The notes beneath the pieces are model-generated. The model saw nothing but the letters and a program-made list of their open reading frames with translations. It was not told the DNA's origin and did not search any database. From positions 1,922,001 through 1,986,000 of the forward strand of contig CM059433.1 of assembly GCA_030390025.1 (NCBI GenBank): a stretch of 64,000 bases of DNA, given 5' to 3'. The DNA comes from Squalus acanthias. Taxonomy: Eukaryota. Below are positions 1-10,960 of the stretch, in pieces (position 1 is the first letter of the stretch; the number at the start of each line of letters is the position of its first letter). Made by a program: the position numbers and the translations under genes.

Positions 1-1144
1 CAATGGGGGAGAAATTTAACTCACGGCTGTCCATTTTACCAAAAAACAGGTGGCCAGGAGTTTAAAATCGGGGGTTCACACCACCAAACATGGCAATGGC
101 CCAAACTTTCCATACATACCCACAACCCAGTTCTGTCCGTTTACAATTAAGGTCACCAGATTATGGCAACTGAAGTCAAATTCCGTTTTTAATGCATGGG
201 ATTCCAAAATTTTTACTGTTGTTTTGAAGATTCCATGAGTCTATCTATTTTTTTGTGGAAGCTGTAAATCAGTGTCCTTACTAACTTGTGACCCCACCTC
301 AATGTCTGAGTTGTATTTTGCTATGTCTTTGATATAATGTCTTCCTGACTGATCTGATTGTCTCTCTGCCGAGGTGTGATAAAAGGCAGTCAGATAGATT
401 AACTGTAGTGGTCTGACATTGTACGCTACACAGGCATTGTTCTCTGTCTATATATGCTTTGCCGATTCGTATTCTTCACTTCACCTGACTAAGCTCCGAA
501 AGCTTGTGATTTCAAATAAAACTGTTGGACTATAACCTGGTGTTGTGCGACTTCTCACTTTTTTACTAACTTGGTCATGTGTGCAGATTGTGCAATATTT
601 AAACCAAATTGTGGTTGTTATTACACTGTTATTATAAACTACATTTTGCTGCTAAAAATGCTTGCCATTCCGCCGGACTTTAGGTGGAAATGCACCAGAA
701 TGGCCGCAAACTCTGCTGGGATGCAGATGTGTCAGATCTTGACCATCAAACTGTACATCCAAGATGGTCAACACCCACCACGACAAGACCATCGATGTGA
801 GTGGGAGGTAGATCTAGTCCTCAGGTTGGGAGTGCCCAACACACCAGCCCTCAGTGTGGGACCTGATGTTGGGTCAACGCAGCTACACCTGGTCTCACCA
901 GGCATGCCTCACCGCTGAGGGCTGACGCACGGATCACCTCGGGTCCAGGCCAGGATGCAAATTATTTAAAAAAATTACAAGTAACCCCCGGACACAGCCA
1001 CTGGCCTAACAAATTTCAACTAGTGTTTCTGGCCTCTTTCCCTGACCCCGTGATCTTTGATGGGATCAGTGGAGGAGGCCCATCCCAGCACTTGCAAATC
1101 TTGGATGTGCTTCACTGTGGATTTTTTAAGTTGTTCTTAACAAC

Positions 1145-2175
1145 TCTACTTCTGTGCAATCCACATGAAGATCTCTGGACTTATTATACACTTAAAAAAA
1201 GATGTCAAGGCCTTGGAGAGGGTGCAGAGGGGATTTACTGGAATGGTACCAGGAATGAGGGACTTTAGTTATGTGGAGAGACTACAGAAGCTGAAATTGT
1301 TCTCCTTAGAGCAGAAAAGGTTAAAGGGAGATTTAATAGAGGTGCTCAAAATTATGAAGGGTTTTGATACGAGTAAATAAGGAGAAACTGTTTCCACTGG
1401 TAGGAGGGTCGATAATGGGGGGGGGGGGGCACAGATTTAAGGTAATTGGCAAAAGAACCGGGGGGGGGGAGGGGAGATGAGGATTTTTTGTTTACACAGC
1501 GAGTTCACCCATCTCCCCTGTGCTCGCTGACCTACATTGGCTCCCGGTTAAGCAGCGCCTCGATTGCCAAATTCTCATATTTGTTTTCAAATCCCTCCAT
1601 GGCCTCGCCCCTCCCTATCTCTGTAATCTCCTTCAGCCCCACAACCCCCCGAGATATCTGCGCTCCTCTAATTCTGCCCTCTTGAACATCCCTGATTATA
1701 ATCGCTCAACCTTTGGTGGCCGTGCCTTCTGTTGCCTGGGCCCTAAGCTCTGGAATTCCCCGCCTAAACCTCTCCACCTCGCTACCTCTCTTTCCTCCTT
1801 TAAGGCGCTCCTTAAAACCAACCTCTTTGACCAAGCTTTTGGTCACCTGCCCTAATTTCTTATGTGGCTCAGTGTTAAATTTTTCTCTTATGACACTCCT
1901 GTGAAGCGCCTTGGGACGTTTTACTACACTAAAGGCGCTATATAAATAGAAGTTGTTGTTGTTGAGTTGTTATGATCTGGAATGCACCGTCTGAAAAGGT
2001 GGTGGAAGCAGATTCAATAATAACTTTTAACAGGGAACTGGATATATACTTGAAAAGGAAACATTTGCAGGGCTATGGGGAAAGAGCAGGGGGGAGTGGG
2101 ACTAATTGGAGAGCTCTTTCAAAGAGCCGGCACAGGCACGATGGGCCGAATGGCCTCCTTCTGTGCTGCAAGATT
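1145..2175 (+). mobile_element. CR1 3' fragment containing a nested L2 3' fragment (1506-1963)
   Basis: [28 protein letters not shown]2 LHWLPV with (GTT)n tail flanked by GAGTT duplication (1501-1505, 1964-1968). Confidence 0.88.
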
Positions 2176-3332
2176 CTAATTAGTGTTAGAAACAAAACCA
2201 GAAAATGATGCAAGTACTGAGCAGGCCACTCAGCATTTGCACAGACAATAGACAAGTTAACGTTTCATGTGTAGACCTTTCAGATAGAAATGTTATTTTA
2301 ATTTAATGTAATTATCTAAATTACATTCTTAGTAGGCAGTTAAAAGTAGCAAAACTAGTCACAGCCTATAGGTTTCTGTATAATTTTGTCATAAAATTTA
2401 AGCGCAGTCCAAACCAGTCGGTTCACAATCTATGGCACGGTAGTTCATCACCACGAGCGTGGATCAGATATCTTGCGATTTTCCAAGATGCGGTTATGCC
2501 ATTTCTCCAGGGTTTCCACTGATCTTCCACAGCAGGAGAAAGCACGTGGAATTTCAAGGCGCAAATTTCTAGCTTGCACTCGCAACTGCAGTAATATATT
2601 ATTAAATAACGCATATATTTTTTGGGTGTGAGCAGTAACCTAAATGCAATTTGCTCCCTTGATTAGCAGAATTTAGGCAGATATGATTAATGCTGTTGAT
2701 GAAGGGCATATGGGATTTTTATGTTATAATTGTCGTGAACATTTAAAAGCACGCAATTAAACTGTATGGCATTTGAAGCAAAACACACCTATGCAGTGCC
2801 ATGGCAACATCTAGGAGAGAAAAAGAAGCACAGCACTTTGTGTGTGCAATTGATAAAGCTCAGATTGTGCTGGAGCAAGAGCGCCATCGTATGGCAAGCC
2901 TGTGATCCTACGGCCTGCTCTCCCATTCTTGGAGAAATCGGGTCCGTTTCATGCCACTCAGGTCTTGTGCATGCGAGTTTGTGGGGCACAGAGAAAAAGC
3001 TGAGACCAGTAATGCCAGTTCCACGCTCCTTTTGGGAATTACTTGCATTTCTGGCAGGCCGGAGAGCGGGTGCAAGAAACCATAACATTACGACACAGAA
3101 ATGATATAATTACACCTTCTGCGGCACTTTATGGCCGTTTTCTGGGTAAGTGCCACATGCAAATCCTCTCTGTCTAGAATGGCTGTCGAGGGTTGCTCGG
3201 CACTAAGTTGTGTTCGGCGGTAATGGGGCTTCACACAGTGATTGCACATTGAAAATCACAGGCGACAGCGCTCTCATGATCTAACAACATGTGCTGGCTC
3301 TGTGTGAGGACCCACAGGCAACCCGAGCAGCA

Positions 3333-3505
3333 GACCAGGCCTCAGTTTAATGTCTCATCCAAAGGACAGCAATCCAACAGTACAGCCGCCCCATAGTACT
3401 GAACTGAAGTGTCAGCATAGATTCTGCACTCAAGTTCCTGGAGTGGGGCTTAAACCCATGACCTCTAGACTCAGAGGCAAGAGTGGTACCACTGAGCCAC
3501 GGCTG
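3333..3505 (-). mobile_element. 5' fragment of the same SINE
   Basis: Similar to 4660-4805. Confidence 0.7.
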
Positions 3506-4369
3506 AATAACTGCGAAATACTGACATTCAATAAAACGTTACATTTTTCCAAAAGTTGTGAAAAAGATAGATTGTCCGCCTGGTATAGTCAGTCTTTGAA
3601 TGACGTGAACCCTTAACACACTATAAGCATTTAGTTTCGTTTGACAAGTTCTTAGGAAAGCATGTGCTGAGCATGCACATAAAAATGTTGTCATGACATT
3701 GCAGATATGCACTGCAGACTCTGTAGCGTTTCTGTCCAGAATGTCCTTGCCATCCACAATCTTAATGTGGATGCGTTTATTAGCATTCTTGCTTTGAATG
3801 AAACTTGGCGCACGAGTCACACCTTGTCCTTTACTAAAGCCTCCCTATCTGGCTATACTTTCCACCATCTGTGGTGGCAGCATAACCCTGGGGATACCGC
3901 CTTGAGTCTTTCTCCCTAGTCCTTGATTGAGTTTCTCACCCTGTTCCAAACTTATTGCCTCTCCTTCCAGTTGTCTACTACTCCCCCAAGCTCCACCCGA
4001 GTTTCTCTCTGACATATTCTCCCTCTTTTTCTCCCTTAGCTACTGCATGGAGTGACTCTAAGTTGCCAGTAATTTCAGTCTATAATCTCTGCTCCCCTTG
4101 CCCTCTCTGAATTCACTGCCCCCCAGTCCTCCCTAAATCTCTTTCATATAAACTCTCCTACCCGCATTCATGACCATCCCCTCAAATTTGCCATCTCCCA
4201 TGGCTTCGATCACTGACAACACCATCTCTGATCATCTCCGCGTCTCCCTCACCGTCACCCCCCACATCTTTCGATCCCCTTCCAATCCCACTTACTTCTG
4301 TACCTGCCCCATGAAAAAACTCTCTTCCAAGTTTCTTAGAATTACACTTTCAAACTCTCAATTGTCTAA

Positions 4370-4805
4370 AAGAAAAAAAGACTTGCATTTATATAGCGCC
4401 TTTCACGACCACCAGACGTTCCAAAGCGCTTTACAGACAATGAAGTACTTTTTGAAGTGCAGTCACTGTTGTAATGTAGTAAACACGGCAGCCAATTTGC
4501 ACTCAGCAAGCTCCCACAAACAGCAATATAATAATGACCAGATATCTTTTTTTTAGTGATGTTGATTGAGGGATAAATATTGGTCAGGACACCGGGGAGA
4601 ACTCCCCTGCTCTTCTTCAGAATAGTGCCCATGGGATTCTTTTACATCCACCTGAGAGAGCAGACGGGGCCTCGGTTTTACATCTCATCCAAAAGACGGC
4701 ACCTCCGACAGTGCAGCACTTGTGCTCAAGTCTCTGGAGTGGGACTTGAACCCATAAACATCTGACTCAGAGGTGAGCACGCTAGCAACTGAGCCACTGG
4801 CTGAC
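4370..4805 (-). mobile_element. tRNA-derived SINE with Deu-domain-like core (DeuSINE/SacSINE1-like) and L2-like tail
   Basis: Minus strand: A-box TGGCTCAGTTG, B-box GGTTCAAGTCC, core GCACTGTCGGAGGTGCCGTC...GAGCAGGGGAGTTCTCCCCGGTGTCCTG, tail AAAGGCGCTATATAAATGCAAG; family name from recall. Confidence 0.75.
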
Positions 4806-6104
4806 ATACCCTTCAGTCATCCATTTGTCACAATAATATTTCTGCGGGTGTCGATTTACTCAACTACCTGCTGGCCTCCACCTTTGATACCCTTGTCCCC
4901 AGTAAAATTTTCACTGTCTCCCATCCCAGTTGTTCCCCTGGTACAGCCTTCATTTTGCTCCCACAAATCTAAGGGATACAGTCTCATGTGTATCGCATAT
5001 CCATCACCAAATCTGGTTGGACTACATTAAACTCTACTGGGCCTCACGCTTTACCAAAACTGTCCATTACTCTAGGACCGTGCTGGACAGCAGATAACGC
5101 CCAGCTTCTTTTGTCCACTACCAACTGTCTCCTTAAACCCCTCTTCTCCCCTACCCCCTCACCTCCAACAAGTGCAAGGAGCTCATGGACTTATTCACAT
5201 TAAGATAGAGACCATTCATTCAGCTGCCTCTGCTGCTTCCCCCATCCATCAAACCAAACCTCGACCCATCCTTGCTGAAACCCCATCTCTTGTTTCTCTT
5301 CCATCTTCCCCATGCCTTCTCCGAGCTAATTTCATCCACACGACCCACCTTCTGCTCCCTCGACCCCAGCCTCACTAAACTGCTGACCACCCAACTTCCC
5401 TTCCTGGCTCTGATGATAGCTGGCATTGTATATTACCCCCTCCCTTTCAAAACCTCCATCATCACTCCTTTATTCAAAATATCCATCTTCAACCCGCCCT
5501 TACAAGCATCTCCAAACAACCTTTCCTCTCCAAAGTCCTTGAAGGTATTATCAGCTCCCGGTTCCATACCAACCTCTCCCACAACTCTGTCTGAACCTTT
5601 CCAAATAGGTTTCTACCCCTTTCACAGCACTCGGACAGCCCTAACCAAAGTCATGGTGCATTATCCCTCCTCGTTCTCTCTGCAGCCTTTGACATGATGG
5701 GAAACACCAACTGCCTCAAGTTCATCTCCTCCGTGGTCCAGCTTGGTGGGACAGCCCTTACTTGGTTCTTCTTATCTATGATTGTAGCTAGAGCATTTCT
5801 ACAAATGGCTTCTCTTTCCAACCCTGCTCTCCTACTGGGCTCTATCCATGGCTCGCTCCTCTTCTCCATCTACATGTTGACCCTTGGTGACATCATCTGC
5901 CAACATAGGGTCAGCTTCCGTATGTACGTTGGTGACACCTAGCTCTACCTCGACCTCTCCAATGCCTCTGTGCCATCAGACTGCTTGTCTGACATCCAGT
6001 CTTGGATAAGCTGATTGTCTTCGGCCCCGCCAGAAACTCTACACCTATGCCAGTGACTCCATTCTCCTCGCCTCAGTCTGTTTGCAACCTTGCCGTACTA
6101 TTCA

Positions 6105-6189
6105 ATCCTCAGCTCAGATTCCAACTTCATATCCTCAGCTCAGATTCCAACTTCATATCCTCAGCTCAGATTCCAACTTCATATCCTCA
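6105..6189 (+). repeat. Perfect 26-bp tandem repeat, about 3.3 copies
   Basis: Unit ATCCTCAGCTCAGATTCCAACTTCAT. Confidence 0.95.
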
Positions 6190-6430
6190 TCATTAAGATT
6201 GCCTTCTTCCAGCTCTGTAACATTACCTCCCTCTGCTCCTACCTCAGCCTATCTTCTGCTGAAACCCATCTATATCCTTTTCACCTCAACACTTGACTAT
6301 TCCAATGCTCTCCTGCCCAGCCTCCCATCCTCCATAAACTTCTGCTCAACCACAACTCTGCTGCCCATATTCTATCCTGTATCAAGTCCCGCTAGCCCAC
6401 CCTCCCAAAACCTCAAGTTTAAAATTCTTA

Positions 6431-7184
6431 GGGGGAAAAATTCAGCTGCTTGCGCCTCCCGTTAGCGCCTTAAGAGGGCGCTAATGGGGCGTAAAGCAGC
6501 TAACGCCCGGGCGCAGCGCCGCCCACGCCTCCCGAAAAATTTAGTGGGAGGTTAGCGGCGGCGGCAGCCGGTAGCGCCCTGTGGCGCTGCGCCGCCGGCG
6601 ATGACGTCATCGCCGTGCGCAGCACCCCGCTCGCGCCCCGGCCGTGATCTTCAGTCGCGCCCCCTGATTTACCGCCAGACGCTATGTCCGACGGGTTCAG
6701 GGAGGCGTACGTGCGGCCGGGGCGGCGATATTTAAAGCGGAGGTGGCAGGCGGCCATTTTTGTTGCTGGCCGCCTGCCAGCACCTGCCCCCGTGAAGCCC
6801 CCCCACCGTGAAGTGCTGGCTGCGCTCCAAGAGCCCGGCACTTCTCTTGAGTGCCGGGCTCTTTTGCCGGCACTCCCGATCCCTGGGGGCCCAGCTGGGC
6901 CCCGGTTCGCGCTGCGCAGGGTCCCGCCCCTTTAAGAAGGGGAGGAAGGCCTGCAATACCGCGGCGCGACGTGCCGCAGCGCGTGGCGCTGCGGCACGTA
7001 GCGCCAGGATATTCACTCGCAGCGCCCCAAGAGGGATGCGGGCTGCTTCCAGTTGCGCCCCGCTTCCCTCTTGGGGCGCAACCACTGAAGTTCCGGCGCG
7101 GGGCCGCTAATTTTTTCGGGGCGCTAAAAGTCGCGCCCCGGCGAGGTTAGCGCCCCAAATGGGGCGCGACTCAATTTTTACCCC
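6431..7184. mobile_element. GC/CpG-rich MITE, PIF/Harbinger-type
   Basis: Imperfect TIRs GGGGGAAAAATTCAG / CTCAATTTTTACCCC; 3-bp TSD TTA (6428-6430, 7185-7187); interrupts an L2 fragment. Confidence 0.8.
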
Positions 7185-7884
7185 TTAGTGTTTAAATTCT
7201 TCCTTCTTGCACGTCATCATTGCTACACTTTCAGCCGCCTAGGCTCCATGCTCCGTAATTCACTCACTAAAACCCTCTGCCTCTCTGTCCAATAAGACCC
7301 TCCCAAATATCCACCCTTCCAAATATCTGCTTCTTTGGTTCAGCATCCATTTTTTTTTTAAAATCTGAGAAGCATCTTATATTTTTCTACATTAACAGCA
7401 TTATATAAATGAAAGTTATTGATCTTAAACCTATATTAAAGGATGTGCAGGGTAGTGAAGTTCAGCGCCAGCTGAACGTGAGGAACAGACTGATCCAAGT
7501 CGATGATGTCCTGCTGCAGTCGACAGCCAAAGACACACGGTTCCATCAGCCTGTGCAGACAGCCCTTCTTGTGCTGAGTATTGTGACTACAGACAGCTGG
7601 TTGGTGGAAACCCTGTGTGCCAGGAAGAGGCTGGATAAAAGTTCCTTGCACTGATTACTTGATAACTTTGATAATAAAAGTAAACCATAGAAATATCTAC
7701 TGTCTTGATTAGGGTAGCTTTTGATGCAGACAATCTTTCATATGGATCAGTGACAAAAGTTATATTGTACAACCGGTTGGGCCAAATGGCCGTTTTCTGT
7801 GCTGTAAATTCCATGTAACCACAGCTGGGGCATATTCTGGGTTGAGTGTAAAGTTTCATTTTGTGCCTTATTACTTTCTTTTTT

Positions 7885-8720
7885 GTTGGTCTCAGGATGT
7901 GGGTGACATTGGCAAAGCCACACTTATTACCCATCCCAAGTCACCCTGAGAAAGTGGTGGTGGGCTTTCTCCCTGAACTACTACAATCCCTTTGCCGACA
8001 GCACTCCCACAATGGTATTAGGTATGGAATTCCAAGATTGTGACTGAGCAATAATGAAAGAATGGCGACATATGCCCAACACAGAATGGAAACAGAGGGA
8101 AACTTGCAAGTTATGGTGATCCCCCAATCTTGCTGCTTTGCCTTCCTCCTGATGGTAGATGCTGTGGGGTTTGGGGGCAGTGTTTGACAAGATTCTATAG
8201 TGCCACCTGGTAGATAGTACATACTGCAGACTGGAGGGCGGAGTATTGAGTCCAGTGGCGCCAATCAAGCAGACTGCTTTGTTCTGAATGATGTTGAGCT
8301 TCGAGCGTTGTTACACTTGCAGTCACCCAGATGAGTGGTCAACATTTTATCACATTCCTGCCAAGCCTTATAAATGAGTAAAAGGTCAGGAGGTGAGCCA
8401 CTAGTTGCAGAATACCCAGTCTCTGCACTGCATATACCCATTGTTAATATGGCTAGTTCAGTTAAGCTTCTGGTTAATGGTGACCCCCCCATGGCTTTTG
8501 ATGGTGGGGGAATTCAGCAACAGTTGTACCCTTCACAGCCAGGGAGTTGCTTTTTGTTGTTGGGGCTGGTCATTACCTAGCACTTACATGGCATAAATAT
8601 TACTTTACACTTGTCAGCCGCTGCTCTGGGCAGGCATGAGCTACTTCATTATTGGAGGATTTGTCAATGGAGCTGAACCCTACAGAATCTCTGCCAATAG
8701 ACTCAATCCTAATCTTATGG
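7885..8720 (-). mobile_element. Decayed copy of the [12 protein letters not shown] LINE 3' end
   Basis: Reverse-complement similarity to 39300-40090. Confidence 0.72.
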
Positions 8721-10618
8721 TGGAGGGAAGAAAATCATTAAATGAAGTAGCTAATGTTTTTTCTGCTTGCTTTACTTACTCTACCCAAAAGGTATGACCC
8801 GATAATAGAAAAACCTGGAAATGTACAGCAATTCATGAGCATCTCACACACACACAAAAACATTGGTTCACAATTTAGATGTGGAGCTGTCATCAGAACT
8901 GAATTGCTTTACACTGAAACATTAACCTATCTTTTCCACTGATTGACCACGTGTACTTCCAGCATTTTTTGCTTTTCTTTCACATTTCCAATTAGTAGCT
9001 TTTATTTTGTATGTTTATCCTATGAATGTCAGCCTAGTATATTTTCTAGAGATTCATCCCCAGTACTTGCACCCAAGACTGGAGAAACCCAAAAAACAAA
9101 CCTCTAAATTGGCCGGTTTAGGTAAGAGTATATTTGATGTGCTGCCTAACCAACTCCTGTAGAGGATGGAAAGTTTATCCCTAACTTCAGCAAGAATGCG
9201 TTCACAATGCAAGGAACAAAAGGCCCTTTAGCAGAATAAAAAACAATTGGCAGTTGTGGTGCTTAATACAATGGGGAAAACATTTCCACATGCTTAGCAC
9301 AAGGAGTTCCCCAGAAACCATTAAGCCACGGGCTATACGCCTATGGGCTAGGACGGTGTAGAATAACGAATGGATATTGATTTTCTAAAGTGAATTCATT
9401 ACTTTAAAAACTAATTATAGCAGAGTTATTTGGTGATTTTTTGTTTTCAAGGAGGGGGCAGTGCTGGAAGTGATGAAACACCATCACATACTATTAACAT
9501 TAAATAATCCTCGGATGCAGACTACCCTAACATTTAACTATAGCTTCAGAAAAGCATAATTTGCAAGAGTGTTCATTTTAGCCTCCTTACAGCTTCTGAA
9601 GGATGTTAATTTGTACTGAATTGTGGCATCACCTCACACCTTAGTGACCAAAATGATTTTGTAAAGGAAATTTACATGGCTAACCTGTACTTGCTATTCA
9701 CTTAGGGTCCTGCCATTGCCAGAATTCTGTGATATGTTCGATCAACATACCACACCAAATACAGAGAAAACATTTTGTATGCTTCTGGCAAGAAACATGG
9801 GAGGTATGGCTTAATCACCAACTCTTTTTATGCTGCTTTATCATAATCTTAGGATGACAGCCTGCCTACAGCTCTTTGAAGTTGGAGGGTGTGACTTGGT
9901 ACAGAACAGGCCTTTCTCAGCAGGTGCTGTAGATTGCATGTATGGCGTCTAGGAGCGAGAGGTATAGGCTTAGGTTTTCAATCGTAACCATTCATTTTAA
10001 TGTCTACATTAAAATAAATGGTTATATACCAGTCTCTGAGCTTAAAGCTGCATTAAAATGAGTTTTCCCAAAGTACATCAATACTGTGCTGCGCTGGATA
10101 TGTTTGTGCTATCGAGTCATGTTAGTGATTGAGAATGGAGCATTTTGCATTCTAATGTCAGCCACCTTTATGCCACATTATGGGTTGTTCTGCTCTGTAG
10201 GCTTGTACAAAGGCCCTTACTGCAGTGAAAGGAAGCTTTCATCTAAAATCAGTCCAAGCTAAATTCATACTCAGGGTTCCCGGGGAGGGGGGACTGGAAG
10301 AGAAGCGAGAAAAAGCATGATAATAGAGCATCACCCAGTCCTACTCAGGCTAGGGACAGCAAACTGCTCATTTAAAAGCAAGTCTAATATTAGCCATAAA
10401 CTGAAATGTGAGTAACCAGTGGTTTCAGGAACTATTACTTCATGATTCTAATGGTGATCCTGGAATCTGTCCAGCTGGCATGAAAACATGATCAAGATCT
10501 ATTTCCTTTGTAGAAGGGATTAAAAAAGAGCGGGAAATAACCTTTAATGTTTAAGACCGTGCTTCCCAGTCACATACATTCCATCAAATCACACAACCCA
10601 CTAGAATGTTTTGAACAG

Positions 10619-10624
10619 TTTATT
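10619..10624 (-). terminator. Candidate DDX1 polyadenylation signal AATAAA
   Basis: TTTATT on +, about 205 nt past the stop codon; an ATTAAA variant follows at 10543-10548. Confidence 0.55.
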
Positions 10625-10829
10625 CACCAGAGCAATTTTGGCGCTTGATGTTTCACCATCACATTAGGCTCATGTGTAAATGCTGTTAAACATTGAAATA
10701 CAGGTCGACATACAGACCTTAGTGTTTGTTAACCATTCCTGGATGTCGCTCTGCAGTAATAAACATTTTCAAACTTCTTTTGTTACTTGTCAGCTTCTTT
10801 GTTGCATTAAACTGAGACGCATGTTACAA

Positions 10830-10960
10830 TCAAAAGCGTCTGAACAGTTGGTTGGGAAGATAGCCAAAATGTAAGAAAGAGGATTGAGCCTCCTTTTCAA
10901 GGGCAGCCAGCTCTTGTACTGTAGGTGCCAAAGCATCAACATGGCCCTTGTACTGCCCAC
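10830..10960 (-). CDS. DDX1: DDX1 exon 26 coding part ([43 protein letters not shown])
   Basis: TGGCAG| ... TTT TGA; 131 nt. Confidence 0.96.

Larger units (their letters stand above)
3700..6430 (+). mobile_element. Old decayed long L2 copy (endonuclease to RT), resuming at 7188-7420 after the MITE; interrupted by a SINE
   Basis: [28 protein letters not shown] and LDYSNALL remnants; pyrimidine-rich. Confidence 0.75.

Noticed and set aside
4730..4805. tRNA gene
   Set aside because: It is the tRNA-derived head of a SINE, continuous with the SINE body and tail
6105..6189. 26-bp repeats as a CRISPR array
   Set aside because: Units are contiguous with no spacers; eukaryotic context
6500..7150. 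Overlapping Ala/Arg/Pro-rich ORFs as a gene
   Set aside because: They arise from stop-poor GC-rich MITE sequence; no recognisable domain
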